Below, piece after piece: positions 9,902 to 20,731 of a stretch of DNA of 64,000 nucleotides. A program made the position numbers and the translations under genes. Source of the DNA: Abditibacteriaceae bacterium (lineage in GTDB: Bacteria; Armatimonadota; Abditibacteriia; Abditibacteriales; Abditibacteriaceae); contig OZ255721.1 in NCBI GenBank assembly GCA_965277285.1, positions 1,920,001 to 1,984,000 of the forward strand, in the 5' to 3' direction. Each line of letters starts with the position of its first letter. The first letter of the stretch is position 1. Under the pieces are notes generated by a model that was not told the DNA's origin, searched no databases, and was given only the letters and a program-made list of their open reading frames with translations.

Positions 9902-12900
9902 GTGAATCGTTTTCCTTCCACCTTTTTCGCCGCTTGCGGCTTGCTCCTTTTCTCGTCCGGCGCGCTTTCCTCATTGTCGGTGCGCGCGCAAACAACCGCA
10001 GTCAACACGCCAACAAACGTTCCCGATCTGGCTGTGCGCGCGCCAATCGCCGCCAACATTGAAGGCACCGTACAATTGCTGCGCTCCGGCTTTACGCAGA
10101 CGGCGCAGCTCAAGTTCAGCACGCCCGACTCGTTGTCGGTTCACGTTCTGGGCGATGTGTCACATTTGTCCGCCGACGAAATTTATGTCGCGCAGGGCAA
10201 TAGCGAAAAAACCTACAGCGCCGATTTGCAGCGCGTTCGCCAATGGCGCTGGAGCAGCGTGCGCGAACCGTGGCGCTCGCAAGTTTTAGCCGATGGCGGC
10301 CCGGCCAACATTTGGCTGTGGGGCTGGAATCCCGCGCGAATCACACCGTTTTACACGGTTGCAACCAGCAAAAGCGGCGACGTAACGACCGTTGTATTAA
10401 CGGCAAAACCCGCAGGCGCGCGCCAGGTTCGTGACACATTGCGTAGCGGCGGTCGCGGAGACCGCTTGTTTTACGCGCCTTTCAAGCAAACGGTTTACGA
10501 TTGGCCGCGTCGCGTCGTCCTCAAATTGAACACGAACAACGCCCCGACTTATCTCGAAAAACGCGACGAGCGCAATCGAGTACTCGAAACCATCGCCTAC
10601 ACCTGGAACGCGAGCGGCTGGCCAGTTTCCGCGACCACGCGCGATGGCAACAATCACGTTACGGCGCAATGGAAATACGATCTCAAAGCCGCTACGCAAC
10701 CATTTTCGAGCGACGCTTTCGACCTGAATAAAGCAACCAATGGCGCCAGTGCGAACCAGATCGTGGAAGATGTCGAACCGTTGCCTTTAGCGGATTACGC
10801 GCAAAAAACAGACGCCGATGCGCTCTATAATCGTGGCGTGGTCGAAGCCACTCACGTGGAAGATTATGGCGCCGCCTTCGCCGATTGGGGACTTGCGGCG
10901 ACCGCTCAGCCACAAGCTATCGCGCCACTGGAAGCCGCTTTCGACACGGCGCTTTCTTTGCGCGATTGGCGGCGCGCCACGACGATTCTTCAGCCGCTTT
11001 CCGCGCTTTTGAAAAGCGACGATCCGGCGCTGTTGAGCCGTCGCGTGCGTTTGGCCGCGCTGCAACGCGATTGGGCGACCGCGCTTTCGACTTTGGCGGC
11101 AGCCGAAAAAACGCGTCCCACCGATTGGGGATTGCGTTTGCAGCGCGCCAGTTTGCAATTGCTGGGCGGCGACACATCCGGCGCGCAAACGCTGTTGACT
11201 TCGATTATAGCCGAACCGACGCAACAACTCGCCGGTCAAAGCAACGCGTTTGGTGATGGAGTTCAAGCCGCCGCCGCGCAACTTCTGGCGCGCACTTTGA
11301 GCCTGTCATACGCACGCGATCAAGCGCTTTCGATGTTACAAACATTGCCCAAAGCGACCACAGCGCAACGTCTCGCGCGCTCTTTGATCGCTTTGCAATT
11401 GGGTCAAAATCCCGAAACAGCTAATTTCGACAACGATGCGGCGCAGGCGACGTGGGCGAACGCGCAAGCCGCAGCGGGAAAAACCGACGACGCCGTTGCG
11501 AGTTGGCAAATCGTGGCGCAACGCGCTTCATTGGACGCATCTTATGAAGCGCATCGCAACTTGATGGGTTTGTTCGCGCGGCGCGGCGACGTTTCCAGTT
11601 CACGAATCGAGTACTCGAAAGTCGCTGTTCTGGACATTGACGAAGACGCGCGTTCGCGCACGCGCAACGCGTTGTTCGAGGCGTGGCGCAAAGCGGGACA
11701 AAGCGAAACTTTGCGCCGTGCCTTGCAAGCGCGTTCGTCTGCGGCGGGTTCAACCGAAGATGACGCGCGTTTGTGGCTGGCCTGGCAGGAAAACAACGCG
11801 TCTTCCGCTGCCATCGGAGAAACTGTGCGCGCTTTCGCCACACGTTATGCCAAAAGCGCGTGGTGGCAATCGCGTTTGGGCGAGCAACTGGTGAGCGAAG
11901 CCGCCGCTCTGGATAAACACGACGATATGGGACGCGCGCGCCTGACTTCGCTGGCTTTAACGGCGGTGCGGCGCGCGATTGCGCTGGATTCTACGCAGCC
12001 CTATTATCCCGTTCAGGCCGCCTTGATTTTGACTTTGCGCGCCAACGATTTCCGTAAGGCCGCGATTGGTGATGCGACATCGACGACCGATGCCGTCGAT
12101 GCGGCGCGCCAGGAACTGGACAATTTAAGGCAGTCGCGCGGCAATGACGCCGATATTTCGCTGGCGATTGCCTTCGCGGGACAAGCGCTTTCGTCCAACT
12201 ACCCAAACGTTGTCGAACTGTTGCAAAGCGGGCTTGAGGGCGGTTTGCCAGGCCGTGAAAGTGTGGACGGAGACCGTCATCCGACAACTTTCGCGGCGCG
12301 CCAGGCGCTCGCTATCGCGTTGCGTCATCAAGGTCAATTTTCCCTTGCGACGCAACAAAACGGAGCGTTGATAACTGCGGCGCGCGATCCTGGCGAAGAA
12401 TTGGGCATCGCCATCAATTTGATGCTGACCTTGAAAGATGCTGACGCCAAAAACCCAACTTCGAGTACTGGAAATGCTCCATCGGGTGCGGCGCGCGGTG
12501 CAGCGCAATTGATGGCGCGCTTGTCAAGCGAAGCGTGGCCGCTCGAAGACGCCGATAGTTCGGCACGCAGCTTCGCAGGTTTTCTGCAAAACGATTCGAC
12601 TTTGTGGCAGCAGGCCGCCGCAATTTTGCGTGCTTCTTCTCAACCCGACATGCAATTGGGCGCCGCTTACTTTTTCTTTTCGCTGGAAAACACCTTGTCG
12701 TCAATGGCGAAAAGCCCGAAAAACGCGCCCGATATGCAAAAATATCTGGACGATTTGCTGCAGAAAACGCGCGTCTGGTCGAGTGAAGCGGAAGCGAAAA
12801 TTGCGGTTTTGGCCGATGGCAGCGACGCGATTTTAGCTTCTCGCGCCTCGTCTTTGCTGGGCGGACGCGCCTTGTCACGCAGCGACTTTGGAGAAGCGAT

Positions 12901-13426
12901 TCGGCGCCTGCAAAACGCCGTCGCGCTCGAACCGGACAGCGTGGAAATGCGGTTCGCTTTGGCGCGCGCTTTTGTTGCGGCAGGTCGCCCCGACGACGCG
13001 CTGCAAATTCGTAACGCGATGCTCCAAGCTCTCCCGCCCGACAGCGCAATGTTGAATCGTCTCGCCACGTTATCGACGAAATTGAATCACGCCGATGACT
13101 CTTTGCAAGAAAGCCAACTCGCCTGGAACTTGTCCGCCTCGCCCGATGTTTCGAGCGGCGATGCGCAACGCGCCGGTTTCCTCTTAGCGCGAAATTTAAT
13201 CTCCAAAAATCGTTTTGCGGATGCGCAAGCGATTTACACCAACCTTTCGAGTACTGGATGGGACTTCGTCGGACGCGTCGTGGCACTGTCCGATGCAGAA
13301 GCGAACTTGCGCGCGGCGGGACAAACTGCTGCCGCGAACGCCGCCAAAACTCAACTCGCGTCGTTGCAAGCGAGCGAATTAGATATGCAACGCGCGCAAA
13401 CATTTCTCGCATCGTTGTCGCAGTAA
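9902..13426 (+). CDS. Large secreted TPR-repeat protein with N-terminal beta-rich domain
   Basis: Signal-peptide-like start (GTG 9902), Ala-rich helical repeats with TPR-like 'ALEPDS', 'ALDSTQP'. Confidence 0.7.
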   Translation: MNRFPSTFFAACGLLLFSSGALSSLSVRAQTTAVNTPTNVPDLAVRAPIAANIEGTVQLLRSGFTQTAQLKFSTPDSLSVHVLGDVSHLSADEIYVAQGNSEKTYSADLQRVRQWRWSSVREPWRSQVLADGGPANIWLWGWNPARITPFYTVATSKSGDVTTVVLTAKPAGARQVRDTLRSGGRGDRLFYAPFKQTVYDWPRRVVLKLNTNNAPTYLEKRDERNRVLETIAYTWNASGWPVSATTRDGNNHVTAQWKYDLKAATQPFSSDAFDLNKATNGASANQIVEDVEPLPLADYAQKTDADALYNRGVVEATHVEDYGAAFADWGLAATAQPQAIAPLEAAFDTALSLRDWRRATTILQPLSALLKSDDPALLSRRVRLAALQRDWATALSTLAAAEKTRPTDWGLRLQRASLQLLGGDTSGAQTLLTSIIAEPTQQLAGQSNAFGDGVQAAAAQLLARTLSLSYARDQALSMLQTLPKATTAQRLARSLIALQLGQNPETANFDNDAAQATWANAQAAAGKTDDAVASWQIVAQRASLDASYEAHRNLMGLFARRGDVSSSRIEYSKVAVLDIDEDARSRTRNALFEAWRKAGQSETLRRALQARSSAAGSTEDDARLWLAWQENNASSAAIGETVRAFATRYAKSAWWQSRLGEQLVSEAAALDKHDDMGRARLTSLALTAVRRAIALDSTQPYYPVQAALILTLRANDFRKAAIGDATSTTDAVDAARQELDNLRQSRGNDADISLAIAFAGQALSSNYPNVVELLQSGLEGGLPGRESVDGDRHPTTFAARQALAIALRHQGQFSLATQQNGALITAARDPGEELGIAINLMLTLKDADAKNPTSSTGNAPSGAARGAAQLMARLSSEAWPLEDADSSARSFAGFLQNDSTLWQQAAAILRASSQPDMQLGAAYFFFSLENTLSSMAKSPKNAPDMQKYLDDLLQKTRVWSSEAEAKIAVLADGSDAILASRASSLLGGRALSRSDFGEAIRRLQNAVALEPDSVEMRFALARAFVAAGRPDDALQIRNAMLQALPPDSAMLNRLATLSTKLNHADDSLQESQLAWNLSASPDVSSGDAQRAGFLLARNLISKNRFADAQAIYTNLSSTGWDFVGRVVALSDAEANLRAAGQTAAANAAKTQLASLQASELDMQRAQTFLASLSQ

Positions 13427-13437
13427 CGATGCGCTTC

Positions 13438-13463
13438 GTAGGGAGCACGCTGCGCGTTCCTAC
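13438..13463. repeat. Short GTAG-type REP-like hairpin / possible terminator between convergent genes
   Basis: GTAGGGAGCACGCTGCGCGTTCCTAC. Confidence 0.35.
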
Positions 13464-13584
13464 AAAGGTTTTGAAACGACGAACTTCTTGTAAAAACAGG
13501 CTTGACGTCCTCTTCCGATCCTTGTGACTTTCTAAACAAAGTGAATTGGGAGAGGCGTTAACCCCGCTTGTACAAGAAGTCGGC

Positions 13585-14676
13585 TCAATGAAGGTTCCAG
13601 AGCGAGACAACGCCGTCCGGTTCGCCAACCGCCAAAATTGTTCCATCGCGCGTGATTGCCATTTGTCGCATAGGACTGGGCATCGCTTTTCCGCCAGCAA
13701 ACGCGCGCCGCAACTGACCAGTTTTCGCGTCCCATAGTTGGATAGTTGCGTCTTCACCAGCGATTATCAGCGTGGCGCCATCGGGCGAGAACAACAGTTT
13801 TCCGCTTGCGTGCAGCACGCGAAGAAGTCTGCCAGTTTTCGCGTTCCACAAACGCACTGTGTCATCGCTGGCTGCGCTGACGATTGTTTGGTCATCGGGC
13901 GAAAAGAGGATGTGCCAAATCTGGGTTTGATCAGCCGAAGTGGAAGATGAATGCATCCACAATCGCCTGCGTTGGGCAACGCTCCAGACTGCGAACATTC
14001 CATCATCGCCGCCCGCGACGACTTCGCTCCCAGCGTGCGAAAAAGCGACGTAATTTACGCCGGTGTACATGTCTGGGAAGCGGCCTACAAAGGGCGTCTT
14101 TTTCAGGCTTCGCCCGCCGATTTGCCACAATTCCCACCAACTTTGGTTCGTCACGCCGACAATCAGCGCCAACGCATCGCCGCGAGGTGAGACGATAAGA
14201 GACTAAACATTTCCAGTTGAACCGTTCTTCGTTTGCAATAACTTTCCGCTTTGTCTATCAAAAAGTCGCAGGCGATAACTCGATTCTTCCTGATAAGGCG
14301 CCGGGCCAGGCACTTCATCACAAACCACAAAACGCTTCCAATCCGGCGTGAGAACGACGTTTCGCGCGGCTTTTCCCAAAGCAAAATTTTTCAAAACCTT
14401 CAGCGAACGCGCATCCAAAATCTTGGCGGTTGTCGTTCCAAATGTGTCGTTGCTCGCCGCGAAAAGTCTTTTGCCGTCCGGCGAAAACGACAAATCCAGA
14501 ATGTGATCTTGAAAAACTTGGCGCTGCGCCAAGCGAGAAGAAGCGAGCGACAAAGGACGCTTTGATTGTGGTGTTCGCGGAAAAGCAAAGCGACAAACGA
14601 AGACGAACACGCAGCAAAGCAAAACGCTGCCAATCAACCAACGACGCCGAAAACGATGCAGAACGTGCAAACTCAT
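13585..14676 (-). pseudogene. WD40-repeat protein interrupted by one in-frame TAG
   Basis: ORFs 14203..14676 and 13585..14172 share a frame; read-through gives GNV*SLIVSPRGDALAL, a WD40 repeat unit; TAG at 14203-14205. Confidence 0.8.
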
Positions 14677-14707
14677 CCCTGCTCCTCACAATCGAAAACT
14701 GCTTTTC

Positions 14708-15922
14708 TCATCGCACGCGCCACAACGCAATTTTGCCATCGGCGTAACCGGCGGCCAAATGCTTTTCATCGGGCGCGAACGCCAATGCTGTCACGCTCTT
14801 TTGCGACGGCAAAACGCTCAAGGTTTCACCGTTTCGAGTACTCGAAAGCACAACCGCGCCATCGTCGGAACCACTCACCAATATCGTACCATCGGGCGAG
14901 AACACAACGATTTGCACGGGACTGGAATGCACTTTCAAGGTGCGTAGCAATTGGCCGTTGTGCGCACTCCACAAACAAACCGAATTATCAGCGTGGCCCG
15001 TTGCGATAGTTTTTCCATCGAGTGAGAACGTGATAGTTTGAATGGCGCAATTAATATTACCTTCAAATTTTTGCTCTTTGTAGTATTTTTCCTGCGCCCA
15101 AATCATCTTGTCTGTTTGGGTATCGACAAGAGCGAGCGTGTTCTCCTGGCTACCAATGATATAAGTTTTGCTGTCGGGAGAAAAAGCCGCCCGATAACAG
15201 AGAACTTCGTCCTCAAGCCCGGGAACTTTGGGATCATTAGTGTCTTCCATATAAGGCGCGTGTCGCAGTTTTTGCTTTTCGACAAACCAACAGCTCATTC
15301 CACCTTCTGAAAAGCGCCCGCCCGCATCGCTCGTCAGAACTTTGTCGCCGCGTGGGGAAAATGCTAACTGTAGGATGTGTTGGGTGGTATCCGCACCGCG
15401 AGGAAGCGGCGGATAATCAGGAAGTTGTGTAAATTCCTGCCACAACGATTTCCCAGTTGTCGCATCAATCAATTGCAAGCCTTCGTACACACTTGGATTG
15501 GTGACGATTCTTTTCAGATTGGGCGAAAAGGCAACGAAATCAGCAGCAGGGAGTGGCGGCAAAGTCTTTCGCGGATGCAACGTTTGTGCGTCCAGCATCT
15601 CGACCTTGAGCGAACCGCCAGGCATATTAGCGTAAACCGCGTTTATTGCTGTTCCGCCCGCGCTCGCCAACGTTTTGCTGTCTGGCGAAAAAGTCAGAGC
15701 AGCGATGGCGCTTGCATAAACTTGTCGCACGTTCAGCTTCTGCACCACAATGCGCATCGACTGAACTTTGACAGGTTGCGTTTGCACAGGTTGCGGTTTG
15801 ATGCCTTGTGCATTTGCGCTTCGCGCTGAAGGTTGCTGCAATGCGCATCCGCCAAGAACAACGGCAAATGTCATCGGCAAAGCCCATCCCAAATGCCGCA
15901 GTTTTACTTTTCCGCTGTTCAT
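14708..15922 (-). CDS. WD40-repeat lipoprotein (paralog 1)
   Basis: Lipobox LGGC; FSPDxK/ASG/IALW WD40 motifs. Confidence 0.85.
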   Translation of the reverse strand: MNSGKVKLRHLGWALPMTFAVVLGGCALQQPSARSANAQGIKPQPVQTQPVKVQSMRIVVQKLNVRQVYASAIAALTFSPDSKTLASAGGTAINAVYANMPGGSLKVEMLDAQTLHPRKTLPPLPAADFVAFSPNLKRIVTNPSVYEGLQLIDATTGKSLWQEFTQLPDYPPLPRGADTTQHILQLAFSPRGDKVLTSDAGGRFSEGGMSCWFVEKQKLRHAPYMEDTNDPKVPGLEDEVLCYRAAFSPDSKTYIIGSQENTLALVDTQTDKMIWAQEKYYKEQKFEGNINCAIQTITFSLDGKTIATGHADNSVCLWSAHNGQLLRTLKVHSSPVQIVVFSPDGTILVSGSDDGAVVLSSTRNGETLSVLPSQKSVTALAFAPDEKHLAAGYADGKIALWRVR

Positions 15923-16026
15923 AAAATGAGTTTTCCTATTCGTTGATCTCATTATCGCACGAACAAAACAAACGCGGATGAAATGGTGGATATAGGACTT
16001 AACTCATTGAAGGCTATAACTTCGCC

Positions 16027-16094
16027 CAGCGAACCCGAAGCGTCAGCGAGGGAGATTTGCCCCTGTCTCCCTCGCTGACGCTTCGGGTTCGCTG
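16027..16094. repeat. REP-like hairpin, family A
   Basis: Perfect 29-bp inverted repeat CAGCGAACCCGAAGCGTCAGCGAGGGAGA. Confidence 0.85.
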
Positions 16095-16162
16095 AGGCAG
16101 CGCGTAGCTTCTTAAATATCAAGTGTTATAGTGGCTCATTGTTGAGAGATTGAACCTATCGA

Positions 16163-16254
16163 GGAAAGAACCCCGAGCGTCAGCGACGGGTGAAGCGTAA
16201 GGGATGAACAAAACTCTTACGCTTCACCCGTCGCTGACGCTCGGGGTTCTTTCC
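16163..16254. repeat. REP-like hairpin, family A variant
   Basis: About 39-bp inverted repeat GGAAAGAACCCCGAGCGTCAGCGACGGGTGAAGCGTAAG. Confidence 0.8.
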
Positions 16255-16352
16255 ATCAACTCACTCGATTGAGCTACTACCAAATATGTACTTTTTTCCA
16301 ACAGCGAATCGAGTACTCGATTGTCAAACTGCATCGTCACAAATTGGCTTAT

Positions 16353-19300
16353 TTATGGCGCTGGAGTGGTGAACTTGTAATCGCCGGAACCGACTTGAAA
16401 AATCGCGGCGCCGTTTTCTTGACGCACGAAACGCACGCCTTGAGCATTCATGGCAGATTTGCCACTTTCGAGTACTCGATTGGCATCGGCAGCCGGAATC
16501 CGCACCATCGCCGAAGTGTTGGCGGGAATTGAAACATCGAGCGTGAAGGTGCCCGCTTCCTGTTTCCAGTGGCTTTGGATGCGACCGCGAACCGAATCGT
16601 AAGTCGCATCCGCGAAAGTCAAGCCCGGGCCAGGATGCGGCTGAATCAGGATGCGCTCGAAGCCAGGATATTGCGGATCGGTGCTGATGCCCGCGACGTG
16701 GCTGTACAGCCATTCGCCGACTGAACCGAGCGAATAATGGTTGAACGAGTTCATGCCGACATCTTGAAAACCTTTGTCGGGCGTCCAGCCGTCCCAGCGT
16801 TCCCAGATCGTCGTCGCGCCCTGGCGAATCGAAAATCCCCACGAAGGAAAAGTGTCGTTTTGCAGCAATTTGAAGGCGACATCGTTGTGACCGGTGTCGC
16901 TTAGCGTCGGGCAAAGGTAGCCGACGCCGACGAAACCCGTCGAAAGATGGTCGTTTTTGGCGGCGATGTCGGCGACCAGATGCTGCGCTGTCAAGGGGCG
17001 CAAAGCGGGCGGCAACAAATCGAAGCGCAGAGCCAGAACATAGCTCGTCTGCGTCTGGCCTTTGACCTGGCCATCGCTTGTCACAAACGCCGTGTTGAAA
17101 GCGCTTTTGATGTGCTCGAAAAGCGCGTCGTATTTGGCGGCTTCCTTGGGGCGATTGGTCGCGCGCGCCATGCGTGCCATCAATGAAGCGTCGTAAGCGT
17201 AATACGCAGTGGCCAGCACGTCTTTGGGTGTGTCGGCGCCGATGGAAAGCCAGTCGCCGAAGTCGTTGACGCGCCGCGCCGTCCATAAACCGTCGGGATT
17301 GGCTTCGCTGATGTAGTTCATCCAGCGCTCCATCGCGTTCCAGTGACGGTCGATGACTTCACTGTCGCCATACGCTTGATAAACCGTCCACGGCACGATG
17401 ACTCCGGCGTCGCCCCAGGCGGGAGCGCCGTTGGCCTCGTCCACTTTGCGCGGCGAGACATCGCTGAAACCGCCATCAGGCGCTTGCGCATCCTCGACAT
17501 CTTGCAGCCATTTTTCAAAAAACGCCGCAACATCGCGGTTGTAAGTCGCGGTGCGCGCGAATATCTGCGCATCGCCCATCCAGCCCAAACGTTCGTCGCG
17601 TTGCGGGCAATCGGTCGGGATGCTCAGAAAATTGCCGCGCTGTCCCCAGTCGATATTGCTTTGCAACTGGTTCACGAGCGGCGAGGAGCAGTTGAACGAA
17701 CCCGTTTTGGGAATATCGGAGCCGATAACGCGTCCGTTGATCGCATCCAGCGGCGGCGTTCCAGGAAAGCCCGTCACTTCGATATAACGAAAACCGTGAA
17801 AGGTAAAGCGCGGCTCCCAGATTTCTTCGCCTGTGCCCGCGCAAATATAAGTGTCAGTCGCGCGCGCTGAACGCAGATTTGCGGTGTATGCGCTGCCATC
17901 GGGATTGAGCATTTCGGCGAAGCGCATTTTGACCGTTGCTCCCGCCGCGCCGCGCACTTTGAGGCGCGCCACGCCGACCATGTTCTGTCCCATGTCGAAG
18001 ATGAACGTGCCCGGAGTTGGTTGAGTGATTTTGACCGGATGCACATCTTGCGTCACGCGCACGCCAGGGCCATGAGAGCCAACGAAAATGGGCGCGTCAT
18101 GAGGTTTTTCCTGGACGCCATAAGTCGCGCGCCGAATTGTCAGAACGCCGGTTTGTCCCGCGTCAGGGAGGCGCAGCGTTTGGCCTTCCGCGGCGTATCG
18201 AGTACTCGATACGCCGTTCAGCGTGTAATCGACTTGCAAACGTTTGATTTGGTTATAAGCCGGATCGCCCGCGATGTCGTTATTGGCCACAATCGACAAA
18301 GCGCCATTTTTTACAGCCGCTTGGACGCGCTCCGTGACATCCACAACCAAACTGTGGGCGATTCCGGGCGCGTTGACGGCGTTCGTCCAGCCGCGCGCCT
18401 GGAAATTAGTGTTGTCCCAATTGGTTTGAGCTTTGCGAGCATCATAAAACTCGCCCATTAACATATCGGAATAAACGATGGCGCCGGTGCTGCCCTGCCA
18501 CGAAGTATCCGTACTCACAATCTGGTGCGAACCGTCAACGAACTGTACATCGAGTTGCGCTCGCAGCGCAGGCGTGTCGCCATAATTATTTCGCTGTCTC
18601 GAAAACCCGACGTAACCCGAATACCAGCCATCGCCCAAGATCGCGCCCAGCGTATTAGCGCCATTTTTCAATTGATGAGTCACTTCATAGGCTTGATATT
18701 GAAAGCGCGTCGAGTAATCCGTCCAGCCCGGCGCCATCATTTCATCGCCGACTTTGGCGCCGTTCAGACGCATTTCGTAAATGCCGCGCGCTGTGGCAAA
18801 AAGCGTCGCTCGCTTGACGCGCTTGGTCAAATCGAAGGTTTTGCGCAACAAGGACGCGGGTGGCAGCACTATGCCGTCAACGAGTGTGTCACGCGGCGTT
18901 TGGCCGCTGATCCATTGCGCTTTCCAATCCGCCGCATGCAACAAACCCATGCCCCAGAACTGCATCGCGCTGGGCGCTGAACAATGGCCTTTTTCGTCCC
19001 AGACCTGCACGCGCCAAAAAGCCCGAACGCCTGAACTCAAGTGTTTTCCCGCATAACGAACGCCCAAAGTCCGCGAGGAATGAACCTTGCCGCTATCCCA
19101 TAAATCGGCCTGATTCACGCTTAAAAGTTCGGCGCTCGAAGCGACACGAACACGATAAGCACTTTGCATCCAGCCGCGTCCGCTCGCCCGAATGGTCCAA
19201 CTCAAGCGCGGTTGTGCGGCGTCCACGCTCAAAGGGTTCGTCAGATATTCGCAACGCAAGTTCTCGACAAATGCGGCTTGAGAACTCGTTTGGTCAGCTT

Positions 19301-19400
19301 GCGGCTTCGCGTCAGAGGAAAGGGAAAGCGCGTTGAGAGCCAATCCCGCGATTCCCAAAAGGACAAGAGGCGACGAGATGAGCGATGTAAAGTGGTGCAT
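16353..19400 (-). CDS. Alpha-L-rhamnosidase, GH78
   Basis: LRCEYLTNP, LWDSGKV, FDMGQNMVG, PTDCPQRDERLGWMGD, GATTIWERW, MNSFNHY. Confidence 0.95.
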   Translation of the reverse strand: MHHFTSLISSPLVLLGIAGLALNALSLSSDAKPQADQTSSQAAFVENLRCEYLTNPLSVDAAQPRLSWTIRASGRGWMQSAYRVRVASSAELLSVNQADLWDSGKVHSSRTLGVRYAGKHLSSGVRAFWRVQVWDEKGHCSAPSAMQFWGMGLLHAADWKAQWISGQTPRDTLVDGIVLPPASLLRKTFDLTKRVKRATLFATARGIYEMRLNGAKVGDEMMAPGWTDYSTRFQYQAYEVTHQLKNGANTLGAILGDGWYSGYVGFSRQRNNYGDTPALRAQLDVQFVDGSHQIVSTDTSWQGSTGAIVYSDMLMGEFYDARKAQTNWDNTNFQARGWTNAVNAPGIAHSLVVDVTERVQAAVKNGALSIVANNDIAGDPAYNQIKRLQVDYTLNGVSSTRYAAEGQTLRLPDAGQTGVLTIRRATYGVQEKPHDAPIFVGSHGPGVRVTQDVHPVKITQPTPGTFIFDMGQNMVGVARLKVRGAAGATVKMRFAEMLNPDGSAYTANLRSARATDTYICAGTGEEIWEPRFTFHGFRYIEVTGFPGTPPLDAINGRVIGSDIPKTGSFNCSSPLVNQLQSNIDWGQRGNFLSIPTDCPQRDERLGWMGDAQIFARTATYNRDVAAFFEKWLQDVEDAQAPDGGFSDVSPRKVDEANGAPAWGDAGVIVPWTVYQAYGDSEVIDRHWNAMERWMNYISEANPDGLWTARRVNDFGDWLSIGADTPKDVLATAYYAYDASLMARMARATNRPKEAAKYDALFEHIKSAFNTAFVTSDGQVKGQTQTSYVLALRFDLLPPALRPLTAQHLVADIAAKNDHLSTGFVGVGYLCPTLSDTGHNDVAFKLLQNDTFPSWGFSIRQGATTIWERWDGWTPDKGFQDVGMNSFNHYSLGSVGEWLYSHVAGISTDPQYPGFERILIQPHPGPGLTFADATYDSVRGRIQSHWKQEAGTFTLDVSIPANTSAMVRIPAADANRVLESGKSAMNAQGVRFVRQENGAAIFQVGSGDYKFTTPAP

Positions 19401-19493
19401 AAGCGGTTGAGACTCCAAGGTTTCTATTGAATTCTTGAGGGAAGTGTTCGAGCGAACGTGCAGCCATAGTTCGATCAACGTGATCAAAGTCAA

Positions 19494-19565
19494 AGTTTGT
19501 CATTCTGAGCGCAGAGAAGAATCTATGTTCAGTTAGATTCTTCTCTGCGCTCAGAATGACAAACT
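19494..19565. repeat. REP-like hairpin, family B (GTCATTCTGAGCGxAGxGAAGAATCT)
   Basis: About 31-bp inverted repeat; second copy at 45293. Confidence 0.85.
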
Positions 19566-19604
19566 GCGTGTTCGAGTACTCGATTGTCAAAAACGGTTTC
19601 AGAT

Positions 19605-19782
19605 AACCCAAGTTGCTACTTCGACGAACCCGCCCGTGAACGAGCGGGCTACATAACCAATGGTGCGGGTCTCTCATGTGCCTGCGAGTGAACTCGCGGC
19701 TGGGCCTCCAGCGGAGGACAAAGTCGGCCTGCGCCGACTAAACACCTCCGATTTGTAGTCGGCAAAGGCAGCAAATTGGGTT
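19605..19782. mobile_element. MITE-like element, family C (ends AACCCAAGTTGCTAC / GCAGCAAATTGGGTT)
   Basis: Imperfect terminal inverted repeats, internal hairpins; shares ends and 24-nt core GTGCCTGCGAGTGAACTCGCGGCT with 37514-37609. Confidence 0.6.
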
Positions 19783-19818
19783 CGATAATCTCTTGCAATA
19801 AAAAAGCGGTCAACTTCA

Positions 19819-20610
19819 TTACTTCCCAATGCGCAAAGTGGCAGTAATCGGAAAATGGTCGCTTGGATACTGGTCATTGACCTCGAAGTTCACGACGCGC
19901 GTTTCGTCGGCGCTAACGTTGCCTTTCGTCAATATCCAGTCGATGTGCGGCCCATCGGGAACTGGCGCTTCGTAGCCATGAAAGGACGCGAAGTTTGGTT
20001 CCACGCGCTGCGTTGCTCCAAACCAGGTGTCGCTCCAACCCGCGTTTATGAATAGGTCATAAACTGGATTCGCGCGCGATTCAGCGTTGAAATCGCCAGC
20101 CAGAACAATCGGAATTGTGCTTTTCTCTTGCACCTGTCGCTCTTCCACACGTTGCACGATGAGCGCGGCGGCGCGTTCGCGGGCGTGTTGCGATTCGTGA
20201 TCGAGATGAGTGTTCCAAAACTCGAACTCGCGCCCGCTTTGCAAGTCGCGGAACTTAACCCACGTCGCCATGCGCACGCAGCGGTTGCCCCAGCTTTTCG
20301 AGCCGATCAGCTCGGGTGTATCGGACAGCCAGAAGTGGTCGAATGCCAGCGGTTGCAGGCGCGCGGTGCGATAAAAAACGGCGGCGAATTCGTCCCGGCT
20401 TCCACCTTCGCGGCCCAAGCCGATCCAACTGAATTCGGGACGGTCACGCGCGATGTCCTGGAGTTGCGCGTAAAAACCTTCCTGCGTCCCGATCAGGTCG
20501 GGCGCGACTTGGCGCAACAATTCGCTTACAACCGGACGACGAGAAGCCCACGTATTGGGCGGTATGTCGCTCGCGTGGCGCAAGTTGAACGTCATTACTT
20601 GAAGGGACAT
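19819..20610 (-). CDS. Endonuclease/exonuclease/phosphatase family protein
   Basis: MTFNLR, GTQEG, NTHLDH, GDFN, IDWI, SDHFP. Confidence 0.92.
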   Translation of the reverse strand: MSLQVMTFNLRHASDIPPNTWASRRPVVSELLRQVAPDLIGTQEGFYAQLQDIARDRPEFSWIGLGREGGSRDEFAAVFYRTARLQPLAFDHFWLSDTPELIGSKSWGNRCVRMATWVKFRDLQSGREFEFWNTHLDHESQHARERAAALIVQRVEERQVQEKSTIPIVLAGDFNAESRANPVYDLFINAGWSDTWFGATQRVEPNFASFHGYEAPVPDGPHIDWILTKGNVSADETRVVNFEVNDQYPSDHFPITATLRIGK

Positions 20611-20731
20611 ATGGAGATAAAATTGCGGCGCGCCATTGGGAAACCGATGGCGCGCCGCTTCTGAACCGAGTTGATCGGCGCCGCGTGAGAAATCGAGTAC
20701 TCGATTTCTCTTCAGTGAGCCGCGTTTGAAC

